In this document: positions 7,492 through 16,477 of the stretch, in pieces | Numbering within the stretch: position 1 is the first letter of the stretch | Layout: each line of letters begins with the position of its first letter | Virus record (IMG/VR): IMGVR_UViG_3300031555_003108 | Span: 27,270 to 91,269 of that record | Direction: 5' to 3' (one strand) | From: a virus | Taxonomy: Duplodnaviria > Caudoviricetes | Length of the DNA stretch: 64,000 bases | Program-made: the position numbers and the translations under genes | Notes under the pieces: model-generated | The model's input: only the letters and a program-made list of their open reading frames with translations | The model's database searches: none | Told to the model about the DNA's origin: nothing

Positions 7492-8811
7492 TTAAAAATC
7501 AGGATTAGCTTTATCCCTTGGATCTCTGATATTAGAAACCCAAGTAGGAAATCTCAAAGACTCAGTTCCATCTGCATTTCTGCTGGACTCAAAATATTTG
7601 ACTTCTACAATCTTATTCATAAGAAGATCAGGCTGCTCCCAATAAAGCTTTCTCTCTTCATCGCTAAAGCCAGAGCCTACCTTAACGATATTGCCGCCTT
7701 TATAACGTACGTGAATTGCTCCAAGTGTTCCGGCGAGTCTTCCTGATCCTTCCTCATAGCCAACTACAAGAAGGTCAAGAGACTGAAACTTCTTTACCTT
7801 CATCAGATCCCAAGTACGAGAGAAACGATAGAGAGACTTTGTGATATTAATCATTACTCCCTCTCCGCCCTTAGACACCACATCATCAAGAAACTCCTGT
7901 ACCTTACTTACATCAGCGCCTCTATAGAGAATAGGAAGCAGCTCAATGTGAGAAATGGGCACAGCAGCATAGCCAAAGAGTCCTTCAAGAAGATTTCGTC
8001 TCTCGTCATAAGTATGAGTGCAGTTCTGAGTGCGCCATTCATCGATATGCATACCGTCAAAGACTCTATAAGTCAAGCCTCTCTTAGGGGTATCACCTTT
8101 GAGTCGGATAATCTTAGATGCTGCTTTATATGCTTCCTTACTTTCCATCTCAAAGTAGTTGCTAATAGTAAGCTCACCATCAAGTACAAGACCTGCCGGA
8201 AAAGCATCTTTCATTTCTTCTTCTATTTCAACCAAGCCTTCTACACGCTGACCAACTCTGGAATAAAACGAGATGTTTCCGTGTTCGTCTTTCATTGCAA
8301 TCAGACGAAAGCCATCAAGTTTCGTAGTAATAGCAAACTCCTTTCCTTCGAGTTTAGCGGGTTTCTCAAAGTATTTTTCGGCAAGCATTACGGAAAACTG
8401 CGGTATCAAGTTCGGAATCACAGCATTGATAGACTTCGCATCGACTCCAAGGTTGAGATCTTTGCAAATAAGGAGCTCAAGAAGCTGTGCACACTCAGTA
8501 TCGTCCTGTGCGAGCCACTCCAGAGCGATCTGGCAGACAGCTACGTCGTAGTCTCTTCCGGTATTATGCTCTGCAAGGTAATCAAAGAGGTCGAAGACAG
8601 TGAGAGGACACTGAACCTCTCCTACGCTTACTTCCTTGTAGAGTTTCTTAACCGAAATTCCGTATCTGGTGTAAGGATCGAAGTTAATCTTAAGGTACTT
8701 CTGAATTATCTCATCATCCTTGTACTTCTGCAGCACCGACTGCTTAAACTTCTTAGAGCCGTTGGAAGTGATCTCCTTTACGAATTCATTAAAATGCTGA
8801 AGTGTAGTCAT
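7492..8811 (-). CDS. lig: ATP-dependent DNA ligase
   Basis: KLDGFR adenylation motif, LDGE, EGVM, KVK, VGSGFSD, SLRFP. Confidence 0.95.
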   Translation of the reverse strand: MTTLQHFNEFVKEITSNGSKKFKQSVLQKYKDDEIIQKYLKINFDPYTRYGISVKKLYKEVSVGEVQCPLTVFDLFDYLAEHNTGRDYDVAVCQIALEWLAQDDTECAQLLELLICKDLNLGVDAKSINAVIPNLIPQFSVMLAEKYFEKPAKLEGKEFAITTKLDGFRLIAMKDEHGNISFYSRVGQRVEGLVEIEEEMKDAFPAGLVLDGELTISNYFEMESKEAYKAASKIIRLKGDTPKRGLTYRVFDGMHIDEWRTQNCTHTYDERRNLLEGLFGYAAVPISHIELLPILYRGADVSKVQEFLDDVVSKGGEGVMINITKSLYRFSRTWDLMKVKKFQSLDLLVVGYEEGSGRLAGTLGAIHVRYKGGNIVKVGSGFSDEERKLYWEQPDLLMNKIVEVKYFESSRNADGTESLRFPTWVSNIRDPRDKANPDF

Positions 8812-8826
8812 CTTATGTGTCCTCCA

Positions 8827-9111
8827 TTAAAGTATTCCGAGTTCCATTGCCTTCTGCTCGATCTCCGTGAGCTGCTCAGCAGTAAGGTCAAGCTTCTCGT
8901 AGTTGATTCTGTAGCTCTTTGCTACTTCATAAAGAAAGTCTGCATCAAACTCCTCTACCGGCAAATCACCATGACAGATACCGATCAAGTACTCAAGTCT
9001 GCCGACGTCCGAACAGATGTAGTCATCCCAACAATCCTCACAGAGCCAGTCTCCGTAAGCGGTCTTAAAAGAATCTCCGCCTAAAGTCTTATCACAGTTT
9101 GCACAACGCAT
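8827..9111 (-). CDS. Zn-finger hypothetical protein
   Basis: CANC...CEDC. Confidence 0.7.
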   Translation of the reverse strand: MRCANCDKTLGGDSFKTAYGDWLCEDCWDDYICSDVGRLEYLIGICHGDLPVEEFDADFLYEVAKSYRINYEKLDLTAEQLTEIEQKAMELGIL

Positions 9112-9124
9112 ATTTTTATCCTCC

Positions 9125-9331
9125 TTAGTTAATTCTAAAACAACTTACTGCCGGTCCATCAACGAAAACAAGCTGAATGCCGTTGTTCATAGCTACCAGA
9201 CACTCTGCTTCATCAAAGCCGTCAACGAGTTCCCAACAGCCTGTATCTGGATTAAACCAATAAAGATTGCCGTCGGGGTGATTATAATAGTAATGAAGAG
9301 TTTCAGAATTAACTGCTGTAATTGATTTCAT
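9125..9331 (-). CDS. hypothetical early protein
   Basis: GGAGG RBS, directly after early promoter. Confidence 0.7.
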   Translation of the reverse strand: MKSITAVNSETLHYYYNHPDGNLYWFNPDTGCWELVDGFDEAECLVAMNNGIQLVFVDGPAVSCFRIN

Positions 9332-9355
9332 GTTTTTATCCTCCGTATCATTAAC

Positions 9356-9399
9356 TTACATATATATTATACCACGTTTTGGTTGATTTGTAAACTGAC
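9356..9399 (-). promoter_or_regulatory. strong early sigmaA-type promoter
   Basis: GTCAG-TTTACA-N17-TATAAT-ATATATGTAA. Confidence 0.85.
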
Positions 9400-9443
9400 A
9401 AACCGCACGAAGTTTATTTATTTTTCCGTGCGGTTTTGTTTAA

Positions 9444-10091
9444 TCAGGCTTTCATACAATATTTTCCAAAGAGCTCTTTGAGATATGTAAACCAGTAGCT
9501 CTCTTCCATATAAGTATCAGGCTTAACAAAGTCGAAGCTATAGCTTTTTCCTACAACAGTCTGCGGGAAAGTTTCAGGATCGAATCTCTTTACATCTGCC
9601 ATCAGATGCTTAGTATACTCCTGTACAGTCTTCCACTCGTAAGGAGAGAACTTCGTAGCTGCCTCGAGGCCGTAGTTCTTAAGAAGCATTTCCACCTTCG
9701 TGAGTTCTACCAGAGACTTAGCAGTAACCTTTACTGCCTTCTCCTGAATCTCATCAAGTGTAGGATACTGAATAGAGTTCTCAGCATCAGTGTACTCCTT
9801 ATCATAAGCCTGACAGCTTTCATAGAGTTCCTGAAGGTCCTCGTCAGTGAGAGCAGCAGCCGGTACTCCGTTCAGCTTACCGCAGAATACATAGTGAGGA
9901 AGCTTGGAGTAAACTTCATAAGGAAGCTTTCCATCGTTAATACCGCCGTCGATATAGGCTTGGCCGTCAGCTACGAGCTTAGTAACTCTTACTCTGCCTA
10001 CCTTATAAGCCTGAAATCTATTACCATCGTCAGAGAAATCCTCTTCGGGGCAACGAACAAATCCGTACTTAGCCATCATAATCTTTTTCAT
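9444..10091 (-). CDS. hypothetical early protein
   Basis: ORF track; AGGAGG RBS. Confidence 0.8.
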   Translation of the reverse strand: MKKIMMAKYGFVRCPEEDFSDDGNRFQAYKVGRVRVTKLVADGQAYIDGGINDGKLPYEVYSKLPHYVFCGKLNGVPAAALTDEDLQELYESCQAYDKEYTDAENSIQYPTLDEIQEKAVKVTAKSLVELTKVEMLLKNYGLEAATKFSPYEWKTVQEYTKHLMADVKRFDPETFPQTVVGKSYSFDFVKPDTYMEESYWFTYLKELFGKYCMKA

Positions 10092-10109
10092 CTTTAGTCT
10101 CCTCCTACT

Positions 10110-10346
10110 TTAATCAAAACGAATTTCGGACACAACCGCAACCTTTTTGATTTCAAACTCTTTCTTATTCTTATGAGTATTATTAAACCAGACACAGTGC
10201 ATTTCACATATTTCAGGTGTAGGCTGAATATCAACCTTGAGCGGGTCTTCCGTCAAAGAAAGCCGATTAGTAATTCCATAACTGATAGCCAATCCCTTAC
10301 GAGACTCCTTATCAAAAGCTGCATAGCCGATAGTTTCTTTTTTCAT
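10110..10346 (-). CDS. hypothetical early protein
   Basis: Likely start MKKETI with GGAGGAAA RBS. Confidence 0.7.
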   Translation of the reverse strand: MKKETIGYAAFDKESRKGLAISYGITNRLSLTEDPLKVDIQPTPEICEMHCVWFNNTHKNKKEFEIKKVAVVSEIRFD

Positions 10347-10375
10347 TTGTATTTCCTCCAAAATGTATTGCTTGA

Positions 10376-10419
10376 TTACATATATATTATATCACAAAAT
10401 CCTCATTTTGTAAACTGAC
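10376..10419 (-). promoter_or_regulatory. strong early sigmaA-type promoter
   Basis: GTCAG-TTTACA-N17-TATAAT-ATATATGTAA. Confidence 0.85.
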
Positions 10420-10475
10420 AAAACAGCCAGAGTTTCAGAAATTTTTCATCCTTGCTCTGGCTGTTTTGTATAATA

Positions 10476-11198
10476 TTATTTTCGATTGTTATAATACCCG
10501 GAAAGCTTTGCAAAAGACTCAGCAGACTTTATCTGTCCGATTGCCTCATAACCATCATAGACTGTCCACTCGATACCGATGTATTCTCCCTTAGTAGTAA
10601 TCCTCTTCCTGAAATTATCCACCGAGAGGGGCGACTTAAAGAGATTCGTCATGAGAGTTACGAAGAAATCGAACTGAGTCATATCTACTCTTATCTGGCT
10701 GCCCTCAATTCGGAAAGGCAGAAGTGATTGCCCAAGAGTCCGTCCCTTTGCCGGCTTATAGTCTTCTACTACCGCGGAGTCAACAACAATCTCGCCAACC
10801 CCAGAAGTTAGAGTAATGTCCCCGAGACCCATTAGCTTATACTGTGTCGCTACCGGAATCTTGGGAAGATCGAGTACGTCTCCAGACCATTTAGTAATTG
10901 CTTTGATAGTAGGTCGGTACTGCTGATACCTCTGCATAGCATAAGTAAACTTCATCATCTGCGGTGGAGTCAGATCTCCCATCCCAACGATGTGATAGAG
11001 ATCAACCATAACTATCTTAGTCATGATTTCTTCTTCCACCGCACAGAAACTCTTTAGGTCCGTAGCTTCTGCGATAGTTAGTCTACCAAGATCATCAGTA
11101 GTTGTCACCTCACCAAGATGTACGGAACAGTGCTCAATACGCTTTTCCAGCGCTTCCATGATTTTCTGAAATTCTATCTTTTCCATATCTTTAATCAC
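10476..11198 (-). CDS. hypothetical protein
   Basis: ORF track, 240 aa. Confidence 0.8.
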   Translation of the reverse strand: MIKDMEKIEFQKIMEALEKRIEHCSVHLGEVTTTDDLGRLTIAEATDLKSFCAVEEEIMTKIVMVDLYHIVGMGDLTPPQMMKFTYAMQRYQQYRPTIKAITKWSGDVLDLPKIPVATQYKLMGLGDITLTSGVGEIVVDSAVVEDYKPAKGRTLGQSLLPFRIEGSQIRVDMTQFDFFVTLMTNLFKSPLSVDNFRKRITTKGEYIGIEWTVYDGYEAIGQIKSAESFAKLSGYYNNRK

Positions 11199-11517
11199 AA
11201 AATGCGTAGCTTACCTTCTGAGTAAACACTTGAGAACGCTCAAGTTCCTTCTTTCGGGCAAAGTCCTCAACGGTATGCTTCTGGTCAAGAACCTGCCTTA
11301 CCTGTCGAGCATTAAGTCGGATCATCTTCATTGCCTTCTGATCAGAAGTAAGTCTCTCAAAGATGTAGTAGTAAGACTGATGTCCCGGATACTTATTTCG
11401 TACTCTTCTTCCGAGATAGTCTCTCTTCTCCTTAAAGGCGGGCTGCACTCTCTCCACTCCCACGTGCGTGCACTCCCAGTCTCCAGACTTCATTCCAAGA
11501 TATTTAGATTTTCTCAT
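11191..11517 (-). CDS. basic hypothetical protein
   Basis: ORF track; GGAGGAA RBS. Confidence 0.75.
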   Translation of the reverse strand: MRKSKYLGMKSGDWECTHVGVERVQPAFKEKRDYLGRRVRNKYPGHQSYYYIFERLTSDQKAMKMIRLNARQVRQVLDQKHTVEDFARKKELERSQVFTQKVSYAFCD

Positions 11518-11540
11518 TAGTATGTTCCTCCGTTCAATTA

Positions 11541-11870
11541 TTAGCCTGCACCTACACAGACGTCAAGTTTAATTTTTGTTTTAAGAATTTTATAACTCAT
11601 GATCTCACCAACGTCGAGTTGCTCGCCGTCGATATAAAGTTTCCAGTATTCCCACTGATGTACATAATCAAGAGTAGAGTAACGAGTCTCGCCGGTAACT
11701 TTCCAAATTTCGAATTTCTTCGGTGAGTCAAACTTATGTTGGGTAGACTCGTATTCAATACGCTTACCGTGTGAGTCCCAGAAGTTCGTGCAGTCTACTT
11801 TAGCAGTATAGCCTTCACAAAGAAGCTCACGCGACAGGTCTCTTGATGTAATTCCAGTAATAGTCGGCAT
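11541..11870 (-). CDS. hypothetical protein
   Basis: ORF track; GGAGG RBS. Confidence 0.75.
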   Translation of the reverse strand: MPTITGITSRDLSRELLCEGYTAKVDCTNFWDSHGKRIEYESTQHKFDSPKKFEIWKVTGETRYSTLDYVHQWEYWKLYIDGEQLDVGEIMSYKILKTKIKLDVCVGAG

Positions 11871-11872
11871 AC

Positions 11873-12100
11873 TTAGTCCTCCTCAAACAGTTTAAGGATA
11901 GCTTCAGGATACTTCGCCATTCTGCGATACATCTTTGCCATCTCAAGGCAGTGTCTTGCATTCTCCTGATGCATCTCAACAGCTTCGTCGGTCTCAGCAC
12001 CAAGAGCCCAGAGATTTTCGTTATCTGCTGCACCTTCGTACTGCTCTGCAAGTTCATTCATGTCCTGAGTAATCTGAATAATAGTAAGTTCGCGGTCCAT
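11873..12100 (-). CDS. hypothetical helical protein
   Basis: ORF track; AGGAGG RBS. Confidence 0.75.
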   Translation of the reverse strand: MDRELTIIQITQDMNELAEQYEGAADNENLWALGAETDEAVEMHQENARHCLEMAKMYRRMAKYPEAILKLFEED

Positions 12101-12133
12101 AAATACATCCTCCTAAGTTTCATTGACATTTAT

Positions 12134-12190
12134 ATTATAACAGGAAGATATTAATTGCACACTATGAAATTATTACGAAATTGTAAATAA
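12134..12190 (-). promoter_or_regulatory. promoter with partial phased hexamer array
   Basis: TTTACA-5-GTAATA... upstream of TG-T-TATAAT. Confidence 0.55.
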
Positions 12191-12484
12191 TTAAATTATG
12201 ATATTTCTGACAAAGACTTTCGAAACCCACTGTCTTGAAATAAGTTCGATAACTCGGTCTACTTCTTCATTCCAAGTTTCCTTAGCTCTGCGAATTGCGG
12301 TTTCAGTAGGGCAATAGATGTCATCAATATCTTTACCTTTTACAAGCCCGCAGCACTCACACTTATACTGATAGGACTTATGTCCGGGATAACCGTGACC
12401 TCCGGGTCTACCGAGGTCATAAGAAGTTTTCTCTGGTACTTCACCGCAGATAGGACAAAGTTTAATCGATACGTAATTCTCCAT
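12191..12484 (-). CDS. Lar-like (restriction alleviation) zinc-ribbon protein
   Basis: LCPICG...CECCG...A..TWN pattern. Confidence 0.6.
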   Translation of the reverse strand: MENYVSIKLCPICGEVPEKTSYDLGRPGGHGYPGHKSYQYKCECCGLVKGKDIDDIYCPTETAIRRAKETWNEEVDRVIELISRQWVSKVFVRNIII

Positions 12485-12495
12485 ATTAACTCTCC

Positions 12496-13194
12496 TTAAA
12501 ATACGTCATTAGAAACGCCAGTACAAATCTTCTGCTCAGGAAGTTTAGTAGTAGTCTGCGTAAACTTTCCGGGGTTGTAGATTCGGTTAATTGCCCAAGT
12601 AGCATCCTTATAACTATTAGTAGTAGCAATCTCAATGATCTTAAGCCGCAGAGCTTTGTCTGTAGTATATCCGGTAACTGTCTTCTCAAACACCTGCACT
12701 ACTGCTTTAGTAAACTTACAGTTCTGCGCGTCTACCATTCCGTCTACCCAACGTTCATAAGCCGCTCTCAACTCGAGGTCATCTTCCAAGATAGCTTTCT
12801 TCATGTTCGCTTTGATCCCGGCAACCTTCGCTGCCTTAGCATCAGCAGAAGTCTTACTGGTCTTCTTAAGCTTAGTAGTATCCTCATCAGTAATGATCGC
12901 AACCATTCCGTTTACTGCGATAGAAATCTTATTAGGGTCTTCCGGGTCTTTGAGTAACACCCCGAGACTAAGAAGCTTTTCATCGCACTTCAGCTGCTTT
13001 GCAATAGTAAGAGTCGTCTCCCTCTCAACATAATCTCGATCCAATGTAAAGAATCCTTTCTCATCGGCAGTCTGCTTCTTTACTACCTGCTTAAGGATAC
13101 TCTGAAGCTCCGCCCAGTAAGCTGCAACTTCAAAGCCAGCGAGCTTTACTAACTTCTTATTCAATCTAAGTTCATCAAATAGGTCAAGGTACAA
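12496..13194 (-). CDS. winged-helix replication initiator/organizer-like protein
   Basis: GFF.L...VERETTL..KQ.KC...L...GVL N-terminal wHTH pattern. Confidence 0.5.
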   Translation of the reverse strand: MYLDLFDELRLNKKLVKLAGFEVAAYWAELQSILKQVVKKQTADEKGFFTLDRDYVERETTLTIAKQLKCDEKLLSLGVLLKDPEDPNKISIAVNGMVAIITDEDTTKLKKTSKTSADAKAAKVAGIKANMKKAILEDDLELRAAYERWVDGMVDAQNCKFTKAVVQVFEKTVTGYTTDKALRLKIIEIATTNSYKDATWAINRIYNPGKFTQTTTKLPEQKICTGVSNDVF

Positions 13195-13227
13195 AATCGT
13201 AATCCTCCAAGTTTCGTTTTATATAAT

Positions 13228-13237
13228 ATTATACAAT
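13228..13237 (-). promoter_or_regulatory. putative middle promoter (ATTGTATAAT, no -35)
   Basis: One of about 12 YGTAT(A/T)ATA copies upstream of transcription units. Confidence 0.65.
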
Positions 13238-13242
13238 AAAAT

Positions 13243-13265
13243 AGGCCGGGGTTTTAAGCCGGCCT
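13243..13265. terminator. intrinsic terminator
   Basis: AGGCCGG...CCGGCCT with A/T tails. Confidence 0.7.
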
Positions 13266-13271
13266 AAATTT

Positions 13272-14132
13272 TTATAGTGCGTAAGATACCTTAAGGTCTT
13301 TCAAGGTGTGATCAAGATAACGATAAATTTTCTGATTATTTGATTTATTGATTACTCCAAGAACAGTGTCAAGTTTCTCCTCGGAAATGTTGTAACGCTC
13401 CATAAAGGTCTTCTTATAAGTCTCAGGAAGCTTACTTACAATCTGAACCAACTTATAAGGCCAGAACTCAGAGCTGTGCTCAATATATTTGTAAGCATCA
13501 CCTTCACGGTTGGTAGTCTTAATAACTTTCTTAAAGTGCTTCTGCACATCATTGAAAGCAATATTATCAATTAAGATTGCCTCAATGACCTTATTACTGT
13601 TTATGTAATTCTGTACGAGCATAATGACTGCGTCTGCTTCTGCTCCAAAGTCTACATTATCATCTTCGAGAGTATCAGCCAAAGTCTTTTCAGCATCATC
13701 TCCGTCTCCACAGATAGGTGCATCCATACTGGTACAGTGATTTACTGTCTTCTTTTTATCAAGTCTGAGGTCGTAATATTTCTGAAGCTTAATGGTATCA
13801 ATACACTTATTGATACACTGCTGAGCATTCAGTTTTTTAGTGGGGTCCTTCCAACCTCTGTACTTACAAGCGTACTCGATTGCCTCGTAGAGCCACCAGA
13901 AGAAATCTTCGTACTCAAGGCAGGGAGCTACGGTATTATTCTTATACATCTTATCGATAACGTACCAGAATCTGAGAATCAAAGCAGAAATATAAACGTC
14001 CTTCAGCGTAGAGTTATTAGTATCTACTGCTTCGCAGTAAGCGTCTGCGAGTTCGTCAATAGTGTAGCTCTCGTAAGGCTGGCTAAGCTTCTTAGCACAA
14101 ATCATGAGGTCTCTTTTTGTTTCCTGTAACAT
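13272..14132 (-). CDS. phage RNA polymerase sigma factor-like protein
   Basis: Region-2-like LILRFW...EDFFWWLYEAIEYA and region-3-like SMDAPI.GDGD...TLADTLED; likely ATG at 14132 with AGGAG RBS. Confidence 0.7.
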   Translation of the reverse strand: MLQETKRDLMICAKKLSQPYESYTIDELADAYCEAVDTNNSTLKDVYISALILRFWYVIDKMYKNNTVAPCLEYEDFFWWLYEAIEYACKYRGWKDPTKKLNAQQCINKCIDTIKLQKYYDLRLDKKKTVNHCTSMDAPICGDGDDAEKTLADTLEDDNVDFGAEADAVIMLVQNYINSNKVIEAILIDNIAFNDVQKHFKKVIKTTNREGDAYKYIEHSSEFWPYKLVQIVSKLPETYKKTFMERYNISEEKLDTVLGVINKSNNQKIYRYLDHTLKDLKVSYAL

Positions 14133-14201
14133 AGCAAGTATATCTCCTGTCAAATTTATCAAGTCGTAGTTTAGTCGTAGTTTAAGTTAATAATATGTAA
14201 A

Positions 14202-14927
14202 TTAAATCTGCTCGAGCTTTACTTTTGTTCCGCCGTCGTAAGCAAGACGATAGCCAACGTCTTTTCTATCAGCGAGTCTCTGGAAAGCTTCAGCAAGGCA
14301 CTGCAGTTGGTAAATTTCAGAAATGTCTACTTCGCCAACTTCGCTAACTTTGAGGTCATCGAAGCCGAGGTACTCAAGGTCATCAGCATAAGTAGCATTG
14401 AAGTTTTCTACAATCTTCTGCATCTCCTCAAGCTCGTAAGAAAGCTTAGAAAGCTCATTAACAAACTCTCTAATCTCATCACAAAGTCTGTCAAAAGCCT
14501 GAACGAGTCTGACAAACTCTACAAGCTCATCTCTATTTGCTTTTACAGAGCCGTAGTAGTCTCTCATATCAGCCTTATAATCTTCGTAGGTTTCATAGTC
14601 AAGAGTCTCAGGAAATACAGAACGATAATTATCTTTATTATAAAGAACAAGATAACCGCTGCTTCTACCATTAAAGCCAACGCTATAGCCGGGATGCTCA
14701 CGCTCCCAATCTTGGATCAGCCAGTTGATAGTATCATACTCACCAGACTCAAGATGAGCGAGCGCTCTCGTCCAGTCACCATCAAGACCGAGCTTATAAA
14801 GTTTTACGTTATGTGCAATGGAACGCGTTCCGTTCCAAGAGTTCATAGTATAATATGTAAAATGCTGAGCAATGAAATTAAACATGCTCTTATCTTTAGT
14901 AATGTCAACGCCTTTCGTATAAAACAT
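14202..14927 (-). CDS. conserved hypothetical phage protein
   Basis: YTMNSWN...AHNVK and GFNGRSSGYLVL motifs. Confidence 0.8.
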   Translation of the reverse strand: MFYTKGVDITKDKSMFNFIAQHFTYYTMNSWNGTRSIAHNVKLYKLGLDGDWTRALAHLESGEYDTINWLIQDWEREHPGYSVGFNGRSSGYLVLYNKDNYRSVFPETLDYETYEDYKADMRDYYGSVKANRDELVEFVRLVQAFDRLCDEIREFVNELSKLSYELEEMQKIVENFNATYADDLEYLGFDDLKVSEVGEVDISEIYQLQCLAEAFQRLADRKDVGYRLAYDGGTKVKLEQI

Positions 14928-14968
14928 CTTTCGTATCCTCCAAGTATGTATTCGTGATTACATTATAT

Positions 14969-15022
14969 ATTATAACGTATAATTGCTACGTAGGTATTAC
15001 ATAATTGTAAACAAATTGTGAA
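14969..15022 (-). promoter_or_regulatory. promoter with 11-bp-phased hexamer array
   Basis: TTCACA-5-TTTACA-5-GTAATA-5-GTAGCA-5-ACGT-TATAAT; same layout as 3929-3990. Confidence 0.7.
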
Positions 15023-15367
15023 TTAACCGATATTGATTTGCGTTTCCCAAATGGTATCGATGTTCTCGGTGCCGTCTTCCGGGTCTTCACACTCAACCAC
15101 AGTTTCAACCTCAAGACTAAAGTAAGCAGTTTCAGAAATGTCTGCTTTCTGCTCAACAGCCGCACAGCATACTACAAGAAGGTCTACTGTCTTTGCGAAA
15201 GCAATAGCTTCAGCCGGGTCCTCAAACTCTCCGAGATACACTTCACAGTCCGTAGGCTCATCATTTTTATCATATCCGAGGGCACAAACAAGATAGATTA
15301 CTTCCTCATTAGCCTCAAAGTCCTCAAGCTCCTCAACAGCAAAGTCCTTAATATTTTCATTCAACAT
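15023..15367 (-). CDS. acidic hypothetical protein
   Basis: ORF track; AGGAGGAA RBS. Confidence 0.75.
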   Translation of the reverse strand: MLNENIKDFAVEELEDFEANEEVIYLVCALGYDKNDEPTDCEVYLGEFEDPAEAIAFAKTVDLLVVCCAAVEQKADISETAYFSLEVETVVECEDPEDGTENIDTIWETQINIG

Positions 15368-15409
15368 AATAAATTCCTCCTGAATTATGTTCGTTTTGAT
15401 TACATTTAT

Positions 15410-15474
15410 ATTATAACGTATTTTAACAAAAAATGTGCTACCAAATTGTAAATGAATTTTACATAATTTGTAAA
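15410..15474 (-). promoter_or_regulatory. promoter with 11-bp-phased hexamer array
   Basis: TTTACA-5-TGTAAA-5-TTTACA-5-GTAGCA upstream of TATAAT. Confidence 0.65.
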
Positions 15475-15477
15475 TGT

Positions 15478-15801
15478 TTAAAAAGGTTTCAGGTCATGTC
15501 TATTCAATCTCGTGAAGCCGCACATGTCGCAATAGTAGAACTGCTTGCGTCCGTCTCGATTAAGTTCGATAACATCGCTCATTGAAAGACTGTGGCCCTT
15601 AAAGTCTGAAGGTGTGCGCATATTAAATATATGGAAGATAACCTCACAGATTTCAATATTCGTCTTTTCATCGAAGCTCTCGAATTCCATTTCGTATTTA
15701 AGTTCGTAATCACCGAAGTTAAACTTACCGGGATTAAAACTTCTGAACGCGTATTCAGTATTTCCAACGTCCTTGATTTGATGAATCTTAAAAGTTATCA
15801 T
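15478..15801 (-). CDS. YodL domain protein
   Basis: IF..FN...P.DFKGHSLSMSDVIEL...YYCD..GF signature. Confidence 0.85.
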   Translation of the reverse strand: MITFKIHQIKDVGNTEYAFRSFNPGKFNFGDYELKYEMEFESFDEKTNIEICEVIFHIFNMRTPSDFKGHSLSMSDVIELNRDGRKQFYYCDMCGFTRLNRHDLKPF

Positions 15802-15825
15802 AACTTTGGTCCTCCGTTTCTTTAC

Positions 15826-15866
15826 TACATATATTATAACACATTTGTCAATATTTGTAAACTGAC
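15826..15866 (-). promoter_or_regulatory. strong early sigmaA-type promoter
   Basis: GTCAG-TTTACA-N17-TATAAT. Confidence 0.85.
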
Positions 15867-15982
15867 AAAACTAACAAAGTTTCAGAAAATAAAAAAGGAT
15901 AATCATGCGTAATGCACAACTATCCTTTAATGTTTATTATTATAAGTAAACCCTATCAGTTTGCTTATAAATTTAAACGTTA

Positions 15983-16477
15983 TCAGTTTTCTTCATATAA
16001 TACAATATCACCGGTTCTTAAGGTTTCTTTCAAATCGATAACTCTTTGGTTCTTAGAGCCGCGATACTTTAATCTAAGGTCCTTTAGCTCTTCAACAAAC
16101 TTTCCATCAACTACTACATCGATCTTTGAACCTATAAGGTCCTCGAAGATTTCTTCTAGTTGATAGCCAGTCCAAAGCCAGACAGTTTTATCCGGATACA
16201 CTTCCTTAAATCTTCTGGCAAGTCGACATACCTCAACAAGGTTCTTAGGGTGCAAGGGTTCGCCACCAAGAATACTCAGTCCGCTAATATGGTCCGGCTT
16301 AGCGAGTTTGAGGATACTGTTTAAAGTATCCTCAGTAAACTCCTTGCCATGATCAAAGTTCCAAGTTTCCGGGTTGAAGCAGTTCTTACATCTATGCTCA
16401 CATCCACTAACGAAGATGCTGATCCGGCAGCCAGGTCCGTTAGCAATATCTAAACTTCTAATTTGACTATATCTCAT
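15983..16477 (-). CDS. nrdG: anaerobic ribonucleotide reductase activase
   Basis: NGPG.R, CxxxCxxC radical SAM motif, GGEP, RGS.NQR. Confidence 0.95.
   Translation of the reverse strand: MRYSQIRSLDIANGPGCRISIFVSGCEHRCKNCFNPETWNFDHGKEFTEDTLNSILKLAKPDHISGLSILGGEPLHPKNLVEVCRLARRFKEVYPDKTVWLWTGYQLEEIFEDLIGSKIDVVVDGKFVEELKDLRLKYRGSKNQRVIDLKETLRTGDIVLYEEN

Noticed and set aside
7948-9084. 378-aa + strand ORF
   Set aside because: Antisense shadow of the ligase gene; no RBS or promoter, and explained by codon bias of the - strand gene.
14307-14957. 216-aa + strand ORF and the other + strand ORFs overlapping - strand genes
   Set aside because: All lie opposite well-supported genes and lack expression signals.
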